The notes under the pieces were generated by a model, which saw only the letters and a list, made by a program, of their open reading frames with translations, had not been told where the DNA came from and did not search any database. Positions 1 to 6,169 of a DNA stretch of 6,866 nucleotides are shown piece after piece (within the stretch, counting starts at the first letter, position 1; every line of letters begins with the position of its first letter). The stretch lies in IMG/VR virus record IMGVR_UViG_3300000289_000108. One strand, 5' to 3'. A program made the position numbers and the translations under genes. This DNA comes from a virus (taxonomy: Duplodnaviria; Heunggongvirae; Uroviricota; Caudoviricetes).

Positions 1-36
1 CAAAAAGAGGGATAATCTGAAAGAGTTTGAATTTCT

Positions 37-240
37 TCATTGTTTGATTTCCTTGATGTACTTACTGAAAAGGCGAACAACGCCTGCCGGGTACAGCATG
101 GCAATGAAAATGCCCAGCAATACCAGGAAGGAGCTGTCTGATGAAATCATTCGGGGGAGTAGTCCTGCATACAGAATGAGAGAAACGAGGACGCATACCA
201 GCGCCCACATGTATGCGCGAAACCAGGTCTTTTTGTTCAT
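37..240 (-). CDS. small membrane protein, 67 aa, two predicted transmembrane helices
   Basis: ATG at 238-240 with TAAGGGA Shine-Dalgarno about 8 nt upstream; two hydrophobic stretches (WALVCVLVSLILYAGLL and FLVLLGIFIAMLYPAGVV); last gene of the - strand small-gene chain in this window. Confidence 0.5.
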   Translation of the reverse strand: MNKKTWFRAYMWALVCVLVSLILYAGLLPRMISSDSSFLVLLGIFIAMLYPAGVVRLFSKYIKEIKQ

Positions 241-251
241 GCTGCGATCCC

Positions 252-551
252 TTACTGGTTAAGGAAAAAATCAAAAACCTTGTCGATGCGTTGCAGCAGC
301 TCTCGCTGCATTGTTTCCGGTGTTTCCGGTTCGCCAGGTGAACCCAGTGGTGCACAGAAATCAGCGATTTCATGATGGAGCGTCAGGCGAATGGCTGGCG
401 CTGTGGTTCTGGCGTGCTCCAGTTCATCCAGTAGTGCCAACACGGCAGATGGCGAGAGCATTGCGCGAAACGCCAGTAATTTTTGATGCGTTGCCATTCG
501 TTGCAGGTCAGTCGCCAGTTCGCGTAGTTCCTGGTGGTTGATGGTGCTCAT
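252..551 (-). CDS. hypothetical protein, 99 aa, predicted helical
   Basis: ATG 549-551 overlaps the stop of the upstream gene (ATGA at 548-551); AAGGAA Shine-Dalgarno 8 nt upstream; no family recognised. Confidence 0.5.
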   Translation of the reverse strand: MSTINHQELRELATDLQRMATHQKLLAFRAMLSPSAVLALLDELEHARTTAPAIRLTLHHEIADFCAPLGSPGEPETPETMQRELLQRIDKVFDFFLNQ

Positions 552-793
552 GCTCTGGCTTCCTTCAGTAGCTGGTTAAACATGCGGGTGAGTGGGTTGC
601 TGCACCCGAACGGCATCGGGTTTACCTGGTAAGAGAACCGACCGCCTGTTTTGCGTTCTTCTCTGATGACTAAGCCGTCGCGCCAGAGTCGGCGTAACTC
701 CGCATTAATGGTTGTGGTTGGGGTATTCAGTGCTGCGGCGATTTCTCCACCGCTACAACCCGGATTGGCGGCGATGTAGTCCAGAATGGTCAT
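548..793 (-). CDS. small winged-helix DNA-binding protein, 81 aa, PapI/FaeA-like pattern
   Basis: ATG 791-793 overlaps the upstream stop (ATGA at 790-793); GGAG 8 nt upstream; motif ILDYIAANPGCSGGEIAAAL...LRRLWRDGLVIRE resembles small wHTH regulators (recollection, not a search). Confidence 0.5.
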   Translation of the reverse strand: MTILDYIAANPGCSGGEIAAALNTPTTTINAELRRLWRDGLVIREERKTGGRFSYQVNPMPFGCSNPLTRMFNQLLKEARA

Positions 794-993
794 CTGCGTG
801 ACTCCTGTACCTGTCGGATAAGGTTCACCCGCGCCACATTCGTGGCGCAGAAGTAAGTGCCGTCAGTGAGATAGATGTGATGTGCATCTTTTTCTGAACG
901 GTGTTTGTCGATAGTGGTAATCAGGCGTTCGTCGACCTCGTATTCGCGCCCTCTGGAGGTAAAGCGAACGACGGGAAAATGCTTAATTGCCAT
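790..993 (-). CDS. hypothetical protein, 67 aa (MAIKHFPVVRF...)
   Basis: Preferred start ATG 991-993 preceded by AAGAGAG; the ORF track's 1011 start is a TTG extension; stop overlaps the next gene's start. Confidence 0.45.
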   Translation of the reverse strand: MAIKHFPVVRFTSRGREYEVDERLITTIDKHRSEKDAHHIYLTDGTYFCATNVARVNLIRQVQESRR

Positions 994-1016
994 TACGCTC
1001 TCTTTGTCCAATAGCC

Positions 1017-1427
1017 CTATGCGTTAAATACGGCACGTTGCGTGCCATCAATGAATGCGGCCTGAGTGCGTTCTATCAGGCGGAGATTTGTCAGAACTTC
1101 TGACTCTCTTACGGGGTAAGGGGTAATCAGGTATTTGTCCTGCAATTCGGCGATAATGATGTATTGCTGTAGCTCCGAGCCAATAATATGAATAAGGTGT
1201 CCAATGTCAGATAAATTCAGTCTGGTGGTTGGTTGTGTTTTGAGAACCGTTAGTTCAGCATCCTGTTTTTCGATGATTTCGGCTGCTTCGGCGGTTACTC
1301 TTGTTATCATCATGGCCGTGGTGGCAGGCCCAATCATTCCTGCATTTGTTGCATCCTGAATGGCTCTGTTTGCGGTCTCTGATATATTTTTTAGCGCAGT
1401 TACAATGCCTTTTTCTTTTGCGTTCAT
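1017..1427 (-). CDS. hypothetical protein, 136 aa
   Basis: ATG 1425-1427 with GGAGA Shine-Dalgarno 7 nt upstream; clean ORF; preceded by a 93-bp intergenic gap inside the operon; no family recognised. Confidence 0.55.
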   Translation of the reverse strand: MNAKEKGIVTALKNISETANRAIQDATNAGMIGPATTAMMITRVTAEAAEIIEKQDAELTVLKTQPTTRLNLSDIGHLIHIIGSELQQYIIIAELQDKYLITPYPVRESEVLTNLRLIERTQAAFIDGTQRAVFNA

Positions 1428-1520
1428 TTTTGTATCTCCGTTATTTACGTGTGCGAATACCTCCGCTAATGCGGATGGTTTTCACGTTTTCTTGTTTAAT
1501 CTGGTGTTTTGTTTGTGCTG

Positions 1521-1634
1521 TTATTCGTCAGAGAAAAAACGTTCAATCTTTTTCACTGAATGAATAATTCGCATAATCCCAATGGCGCAGGCCACCGAAA
1601 TAATCAGAACAATCCATGACATAAATATACTCAT
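1521..1634 (-). CDS. small hydrophobic peptide, 37 aa, single predicted TM helix (MSIFMSWIVLIISVACAIGIMRIIHSVKKIERFFSDE); not in the supplied ORF track
   Basis: ATG 1632-1634 overlaps the TGA of the upstream 80-aa gene (ATGA); GGGGAA Shine-Dalgarno 6-8 nt upstream; hydrophobic core followed by a basic C-terminal tail. Confidence 0.35.
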   Translation of the reverse strand: MSIFMSWIVLIISVACAIGIMRIIHSVKKIERFFSDE

Positions 1635-1873
1635 GCGATATTCCCCAGCTTATACGGTTCAATATGTTCTCCGCATTCTGCGGCGCAGACGAGTTCGGAA
1701 AGTTCGTTAAGTGCATCCAGATCATCAGCGTAAAAAGCCACGTCATACAGACTCCGGATTGCCCTGGTCAATGAGTCACGGGCTGCGCGTTCAGCATGAG
1801 CGCCTGATGCACTTAAGCGAAAATAAAAACGCTCAAGTGCTTTGTTAATGATAGTTTTATATTCTTTGCCCAT
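1631..1873 (-). CDS. hypothetical protein, 80 aa, predicted helical
   Basis: ATG 1871-1873 with GGGAAAA upstream; stop overlaps the start of the 37-aa peptide gene. Confidence 0.5.
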   Translation of the reverse strand: MGKEYKTIINKALERFYFRLSASGAHAERAARDSLTRAIRSLYDVAFYADDLDALNELSELVCAAECGEHIEPYKLGNIA

Positions 1874-1893
1874 TGCATTTTCCCGGAAAACAA

Positions 1894-2008
1894 TTAAACA
1901 AAATCTCTTAATGGTTTACCTGATTCAATGCGCTCAATTGCATCGTTAATGGCCATGTATGCGGCGTGATCACCTGCATAGCGTGCGCATTCCTGTAGTG
2001 ACTTTAAT
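1894..2008 (-). CDS. C-terminal fragment of a hypothetical protein (...LKSLQECARYAGDHAAYMAINDAIERIESGKPLRDFV*), N-terminus lost in gap 2009-2175
   Basis: Protein-like open frame ending at TAA 1894-1896, 18 nt upstream of the next gene's start; more protein-like than the alternative frame that the ORF track extends to 1970. Confidence 0.4.
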
Positions 2009-2175
2009 NNNNNNNNNNNNNNNNNNNNNNNNNNNNNNNNNNNNNNNNNNNNNNNNNNNNNNNNNNNNNNNNNNNNNNNNNNNNNNNNNNNNNNNNNNNN
2101 NNNNNNNNNNNNNNNNNNNNNNNNNNNNNNNNNNNNNNNNNNNNNNNNNNNNNNNNNNNNNNNNNNNNNNNNNNN

Positions 2176-2221
2176 TGTAGGCCGAGGCTATCTCTACCAT
2201 GTTTTTTGTCGTTGTTGCCAT
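2176..2221 (-). CDS. N-terminal fragment of a hypothetical protein (MATTTKNMVEIASAY...), continues into gap 2009-2175; may be the same gene as 1894-2008
   Basis: ATG 2219-2221 lies 3 nt after the stop of the 116-aa gene, with GGGGGA Shine-Dalgarno about 9 nt upstream. Confidence 0.35.
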
Positions 2222-2224
2222 TGG

Positions 2225-2575
2225 TTAATTCCCCCGTGGATGCTGAAAACTACGTCCTGCAATTAAGCGGTCAACCGTGCGTAGCGCTTCGTACAATGTA
2301 AAATCCTGTCCGAACTGATTGTCGCCGTTGCTCAGTGCAAAAATGCGGTTTCCGGTAAACGGATTGCGTGGGCATTTGTGGACCACAATTCCAGCTTTCT
2401 CAATCAGCCAGGTATGCTCGCCGATTTGTTTTACTGGGTAGCCATCCGGCGTTGCGTGTGTTTCGCTCAGGCTGTAGCGAGAGTTGCTACGTGATGCACT
2501 GGTAGCGAAACGGTTAGCGTGGCGTTCCGCACCGTTGCGGAAGCGCGGCTGTGAAGAATTGCGCTGTAGTTTCAT
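2225..2575 (-). CDS. hypothetical protein, 116 aa, basic Ser/Arg-rich N-terminus
   Basis: Clean ORF with ATG 2573-2575 and a weak Shine-Dalgarno; first gene downstream of a 210-bp partly gapped intergenic region; no family recognised. Confidence 0.5.
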   Translation of the reverse strand: MKLQRNSSQPRFRNGAERHANRFATSASRSNSRYSLSETHATPDGYPVKQIGEHTWLIEKAGIVVHKCPRNPFTGNRIFALSNGDNQFGQDFTLYEALRTVDRLIAGRSFQHPRGN

Positions 2576-2785
2576 ATTAAAACTCTGTACCTTCGGTAAG
2601 GTGTACTCGTGTCACCTTGTATTGATTTGTGGTATTTTTTGTGTGTCTAGGACTTGGACTGGCCGGTTCAGGTCCTGGCTTATGTTTAATTAAATTGNNN
2701 NNNNNNNNNNNNNNNNNNNNNNNNNNNNNNNNNNNNNNNNNNNNNNNNNNNNNNNNNNNNNNNNNNNNNNNNNNNNNAGGTTTTC

Positions 2786-2977
2786 ATGTCAGAAGATAAA
2801 AAAGTTGTTAATTTGTTGAGTGACCTTAGTGCTGCTCTGGATAACATTAACCCTCCTAGGGTAAAAACGACGGGTGATAAAGACGCATTAAACGCAGAGA
2901 TTCATATATTACTGGCGTTAGTAACTGACAAAATTCAGCGTAAATACCCACCTGTCACACAACTGGTTGATTTTTAA
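2786..2977 (+). CDS. hypothetical small protein, 63 aa, low GC (about 37%); the only + strand gene inside the - strand operon region
   Basis: ATG 2786 directly after gap 2698-2777; followed by a GC-rich hairpin; convergent with the low-GC - strand gene starting at 3479. Confidence 0.45.
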   Translation: MSEDKKVVNLLSDLSAALDNINPPRVKTTGDKDALNAEIHILLALVTDKIQRKYPPVTQLVDF

Positions 2978-2985
2978 TTTGATTT

Positions 2986-3006
2986 ATGCCGGGCTGCTCC
3001 CGGCAT
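2986..3006. terminator. 8-bp GC-rich stem-loop (ATGCCGGG-ctgct-CCCGGCAT) between convergent genes; possible bidirectional terminator
   Basis: Perfect inverted repeat read directly; lies 9 nt after the stop of the 63-aa gene and 24 nt below the stop at 3030-3032; the flanking U-run is weak. Confidence 0.35.
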
Positions 3007-3270
3007 CTTCTAGCTGCCATAATGTCTCGTCACCTGATAGAGCAAAACGAAATGNNNNNNNNNNNNNNNNNNNNNNNNNNNNNNNNNNNNNNNNNNNNNN
3101 NNNNNNNNNNNNNNNNNNNNNNNNNNNNNNNNNNNNNNNNNNNNNNNNNNNNNNNNNNNNNNNNNNNNNNNNNNNNNNNNNNNNNNNNNNNNNNNNNNNN
3201 NNNNNNNNNNNNNNNNNNNNNNNNNNNNNNNNNNNNNNNNNNNNNNNNNNNNNNNNNNNNNNNNNNNNNN

Positions 3271-3479
3271 TTGACAACAGAATCTTTGTTTTCCAGTACT
3301 GATTTAGCGATTAGATATAGATGCCAGTAACTGGTTACAATTGTTACTCCTGTGATGTGTCGTAAATTAATTGCAATTCGTCCGTTATTATGTTTTTCCG
3401 CAAGGTATTTCAGGTTATCAATTAATGCTTGGTCATTTTTTGAAATAGTTATTGTGAAATCTGACGTGTTTGTTTTCAT
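3271..3479 (-). CDS. N-terminal fragment of a low-GC (about 33%) hypothetical protein (MKTNTSDFTITISKNDQALIDNLKYLAEKHNNGRIAINLRH...), continues into gap 3055-3270; the ISFCSIR-stop at 3030-3054 may be its C-terminus
   Basis: ATG 3477-3479; 69 visible codons without a stop; strong compositional shift from neighbours; the beta-strand plus helix pattern at the N-terminus loosely resembles ribbon-helix-helix proteins (inference only). Confidence 0.45.
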
Positions 3480-3588
3480 ACGATTNNNNNNNNNNNNNNN
3501 NNNNNNNNNNNNNNNNNNNNNNNNNNNNNNNNNNNNNNNNNNNNNNNNNNNNNNNNNNNNNNNNNNNNNNNNNNNNNNNNNNNNNNNN

Positions 3589-4123
3589 AGTTTTGAGCTT
3601 CTGCCTGTATAAACTCGCTTACCGTTAATGGTCTGGCAGTCTTCTTTATTAGCTGGAGAGAACTTCCTTTTCTGGCGGTCATACGTCCAGTAACTTTTCC
3701 AGTTGTGCCATTCTGGGGGCTCGTGCTCTGGTAGCTCATCAGCCAACTTGTCCCACTCTTTGGCGTTAAACCACCATACTCCGTCTGAGTTTTCATCTTC
3801 CGGGTTTGTGCGCGTCTNNNNNNNNNNNNNNNNNNNNNNNNNNNNNNNNNNNNNNNNNNNNNNNNNNNNNNNNNNNNNNNNNNNNNNNNNNNNNNNNNNN
3901 NNNNNNNNGAATGGCTACGCGCAGTGCAGATTTTGTTAGCCCAATATATGCCGCGCCTTTTTCCAGAGAGCAAAGCCCGGCGATCGGACCATCCAGCCGT
4001 AAAGTCGCTCCTTTTTTGTAGGAACGCTTTTTCTTGTTTTCTTCGTGTTCGTCGTCGTTGGCGGCATCAATGGATCCGCTGAGTGTGTCACTTTCCTGAA
4101 GTGGTTGGTGGTCAGATAACTCT
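3589..4123 (-). CDS. AlpA/Cox-like excisionase-family winged-HTH protein, seen as two fragments (3909-4123 and 3589-3817) split by gap 3818-3908; both ends lie in gaps
   Basis: HTH-like GAAYIGLTKSALRVAI, then across the gap a Trp-rich wing-like motif DGVWWFNAKEWDKL as in AlpA/TorI/Cox-type excisionases; first gene divergent from the repressor, as cox is in P2. Frame across the gap cannot be verified. Confidence 0.45.
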
Positions 4124-4260
4124 NNNNNNNNNNNNNNNNNNNNNNNNNNNNNNNNNNNNNNNNNNNNNNNNNNNNNNNNNNNNNNNNNNNNNNNNNNNNN
4201 NNNNNNNNNNNNNNNNNNNNNNNNNNNNNNNNNNNNNNNNNNNNNTGTTGCGCCTTGTGA

Positions 4261-4300
4261 TGGTTTGTTTTGGTTTGTTTTCTTCACCATGTGGTGAAGA
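4261..4300. promoter_or_regulatory. candidate operator region of the lysis/lysogeny switch: tandem decamer TGGTTTGTTT x2 (4261-4280) followed by an inverted repeat TCTTCACCA-tg-TGGTGAAGA (4281-4300)
   Basis: Both repeats are perfect and lie 23-62 bp upstream of the repressor ATG. P2-type repressors are recalled to bind direct repeats, but which protein binds which element here is not determinable. Confidence 0.3.
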
Positions 4301-4322
4301 GTGAAAAGAGGATACTCATCGT

Positions 4323-4664
4323 ATGGTGAACATGTCAAGAGATTACGCCAAAAAACTAAAGGCGATCAGAAATGCAGAAAAACTTACACAATCTCAGTTT
4401 TCGCAAGTAACGGGGGTTTCTGTAGGGACTATAGGGAATTATGAGTCTGGATATAAACCTGCGCGAATTGAGGTTGTAGAAAAAGTAATCCAAGTCGAGC
4501 GATTCGAAAAATACACTATGTGGATACTTCACGACAAAACATTTCCCGCTGCCGGGCAGGTTGCCCCGGCTCTCTCTCTTGATGGCTCTATTCAGTCGGA
4601 GGGCGATCAGGTTTCAATCGGTATTACCCAAAAATCACCCCGATCAGGCCGCAATGTTGGCTGA
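4323..4664 (+). CDS. phage P2 C-type immunity repressor, 113 aa
   Basis: AAGAGGA Shine-Dalgarno 10 nt upstream of ATG 4323; HTH region KLTQSQFSQVTGVSVGTIGNYESG and motif FEKYTMWILHDK...GQVAPALS match recollected P2 C (YESG, FTKYTLWF, GQIAPALA); immediately upstream of and co-oriented with int. Confidence 0.8.
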   Translation: MVNMSRDYAKKLKAIRNAEKLTQSQFSQVTGVSVGTIGNYESGYKPARIEVVEKVIQVERFEKYTMWILHDKTFPAAGQVAPALSLDGSIQSEGDQVSIGITQKSPRSGRNVG

Positions 4665-4733
4665 CTCTACACATTGAGCGAATTACATATCGCAAGGAGT
4701 GTTTAGTTAATTTATCCGTTGGAGGGGCTAATC

Positions 4734-5801
4734 ATGTCGATTAAGCAACTCAAAGACGGACGTTATCAGGTCGATGTCAGACCGCAGGGGGCGGAAGGAA
4801 AGCGGATTCGAAAAATCTTTGCCCTGAAATCAAAGGCTCAGGAGTTTGAGAAGTATGTGTTACAGAACTTTCATGACAAGCCATGGCAGGCTAAGCCAGC
4901 TGATCAGCGGCGATTATCAGAGCTGCTTGATGCGTGGTGGATGCTTGATGGGCGTAATCAGGCTTACGGGGATAGCTACAGGGTTAGGCTAGGGAAGGTT
5001 GTTCGTGAAATGGGAGATCCTCGCGCCAGTCAGATGACGCGAAAATTTATGCTTGAATATCGGTCAGAGAAATTACAGGCCGGATTAATGCCGTCCAGTA
5101 TTAATCGTGACTTATGCGTACTGTCTACCATGTTCACGGTGCTGATTGAAGCTGAGGTCTTTCACAACGCGAACCCTGTACGCGGTATACGAAAACTGAA
5201 AGTTCAGAACACAGAGATGGCCTTTCTTTCTGATGATGAGATTGAACGGCTTCTTGAGCGACTGGAGGGTGATGCGCGTCGTGTTGCCATTCTGTGTCTT
5301 TCTACTGGTGCCCGATGGAGTGAAGCATCGGAACTACGTGGAGAGCATATCGTTGGCAACCGGGTGACGTTCTTTAACACCAAAAACGGAAAATCCCGTT
5401 CGGTTCCTGTGGCGGATTCGGTCGTGCCTCTGATTAAAACCCGTCGAACGGGGTTATTGTATCAGGTTGATTATCTGAAGTTCCGGGAGATTCTTCAGGA
5501 GGTGAAACCNNNNNNNNNNNNNNNNNNNNNNNNNNNNNNNNNNNNNNNNNNNNNNNNNNNNNNNNNNNNNNNNNNNNNNNNNNNNNNNNNNNNNNNNNNN
5601 NNNNNNACGCATGTCATGCGTCATACATTTGCCACACACTTTATGATGAATGGCGGAAATATTGTTACGTTGCAACGAATCCTGGGGCACGCAACGATTC
5701 AGCAAACAATGACGTACGCTCATTTTTCGCCGGACTTCTTACAGGACGCGATCAACTTTAATCCGCTGGCTGAAAGTGTCCATAAACTGTCCATCGATTA
5801 G
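4734..5801 (+). CDS. int: P2-family tyrosine integrase, about 355 aa with an internal gap at 5510-5606
   Basis: GGAGGGG Shine-Dalgarno 6 nt upstream of ATG 4734 (the track's 4719 start is a TTG extension); MSIKQLKDGRYQVDVRP, PSSINRDL, AILCLSTGARW, HVMRHTFATHFMMNGG, TLQRILGH and QTMTYAHF match recollected P2 Int, including the catalytic R, HxxR, H and Y motifs. Confidence 0.9.
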   Translation: MSIKQLKDGRYQVDVRPQGAEGKRIRKIFALKSKAQEFEKYVLQNFHDKPWQAKPADQRRLSELLDAWWMLDGRNQAYGDSYRVRLGKVVREMGDPRASQMTRKFMLEYRSEKLQAGLMPSSINRDLCVLSTMFTVLIEAEVFHNANPVRGIRKLKVQNTEMAFLSDDEIERLLERLEGDARRVAILCLSTGARWSEASELRGEHIVGNRVTFFNTKNGKSRSVPVADSVVPLIKTRRTGLLYQVDYLKFREILQEVKXXXXXXXXXXXXXXXXXXXXXXXXXXXXXXXXXTHVMRHTFATHFMMNGGNIVTLQRILGHATIQQTMTYAHFSPDFLQDAINFNPLAESVHKLSID

Positions 5802-5822
5802 TTATAATTTGTGTTAATTTGT

Positions 5823-5873
5823 TCCCCCTGTTTTGGCTTATTCGTTGAAAAATAAGTAAATCATCAGGGGGAG
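5823..5873. repeat. nested inverted repeats (TCCCCCTG...CAGGGGGA enclosing CTTATT...AATAAG) just downstream of int; candidate attachment-site/core region
   Basis: Arms read directly from sequence; the enclosed GAAAAATAAG resembles the start of the P2 attP core as recalled (AAAAAATAAG...); position is as expected for a P2-type att site. Confidence 0.3.
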
Positions 5874-5884
5874 CAAGAAACGTT

Positions 5885-5908
5885 AAAGCGCCTGCGGGCG
5901 CTTTTTTT
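5885..5908 (+). terminator. rho-independent terminator (GCGCC-tgcg-GGCGC followed by a 7-T run)
   Basis: Perfect 5-bp GC stem extended by A-U pairs plus a U-tract, downstream of int or at the upstream host gene's 3' end. Confidence 0.7.
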
Positions 5909-5916
5909 GTCTCCCT

Positions 5917-5930
5917 TTGATACCGAACAA
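5917..5930 (+). promoter_or_regulatory. candidate FNR box of the dmsA promoter (TTGAT-accg-AACAA)
   Basis: 9 of 10 matches to the FNR consensus TTGATnnnnATCAA, about 240 bp upstream of the dmsA ATG; dmsABC is a known FNR-activated anaerobic operon. Confidence 0.45.
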
Positions 5931-6169
5931 TAATTACTCCTCACTTACACGTAATACTACTTTCGAGTGAAAATCTACCTATCTCTTTGATTTTCAAATT
6001 ATTCGATGTATACAAGCCTATATAGCGAGCTGCTATANNNNNNNNNNNNNNNNNNNNNNNNNNNNNNNNNNNNNNNNNNNNNNNNNNNNNNNNNNNNNNN
6101 NNNNNNNNNNNNNNNNNNNNNNNNNNNNTGTTACTGGAATCAATCGTGAGCAAGCTTGAGTGAGCCATT

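Larger units (their letters stand above)
1..5884. mobile_element. P2-family prophage or integrative element, integrase-proximal end (left boundary outside window; right junction somewhere in 5802-5915)
   Basis: P2 Int-like integrase and P2 C-like repressor co-oriented toward the junction, with a divergent Cox/AlpA-like gene and early operon; dmsA promoter and gene follow immediately. Confidence 0.7.

Noticed and set aside
994-1011. Start of the 67-aa gene at 1011 (MDKESV...)
   Set aside because: It is a TTG start immediately after the upstream stop; the in-frame ATG at 991-993 with AAGAGAG upstream is more plausible. Either is possible.
1501-1520. T/G-rich tract GGTGTTTTGTTTGTG as a second copy of the switch-region operator decamer
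   Set aside because: Only a 7-mer (TGTTTTG) is shared with the 4261-4280 repeats, which is expected by chance in a window this size.
44-1746. Track ORFs overlapping the - strand gene chain in other frames or on the + strand (44..262 +, 62..373 -, 311..541 +, 1301..1567 +, 1360..1563 +, 1543..1746 -)
   Set aside because: Each overlaps a better-supported gene with Shine-Dalgarno and coupling signals; sequences look low-complexity or non-protein-like and lack start contexts.
2620-2660. Sigma-70 promoter for the 63-aa + strand gene
   Set aside because: Candidate -35/-10 hexamers in TTGTATTGATTTGTGGTATTTT have poor spacing or match, and the 80 nt immediately upstream of the gene are a gap.
2484-2693. 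+ strand ORF of 69 aa overlapping the 5' end of the 116-aa gene and the intergenic region
   Set aside because: Cys/Arg-rich sequence with no ribosome-binding site, overlapping a better gene; likely spurious.
1959-4304. Track ORFs made largely of X residues or bridging N-runs (1959..2180 +, 1970..2221 -, 2967..3302 +, 2984..3277 -, 2986..3330 +, 3030..3746 - as one 238-aa protein, 3352..3612 +, 3476..3973 -, 3703..3939 +, 3806..4021 +, 4083..4304 +)
   Set aside because: They exist only because N translates to X. The dmsA frame test shows N-runs are not true length, so continuity across them is meaningless. Only the visible protein-like segments were kept as fragments.
3793-4338. 181-aa - strand ORF starting at 4338 (MTCSPYDEYPLFTLHH...)
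   Set aside because: Its start would overlap the repressor's own start and Shine-Dalgarno and run through the operator repeats, and it bridges two gaps. Only the internal fragment 3909-4123 was kept as part of the Cox/AlpA-like gene.
4719-4733. Integrase start at 4719 (MEGLIMSIKQL...) as given in the track
   Set aside because: 4719 is a TTG that would overlap the GGAGGGG Shine-Dalgarno; ATG 4734 with 6-nt spacing gives the P2 Int-like N-terminus MSIKQL.
5802-5884. tRNA gene or duplicated 3' end of a host gene at the attachment site
   Set aside because: No cloverleaf-compatible sequence or conserved tRNA motifs (no GTTC-type T-arm); all three + frames contain stops within a few codons.
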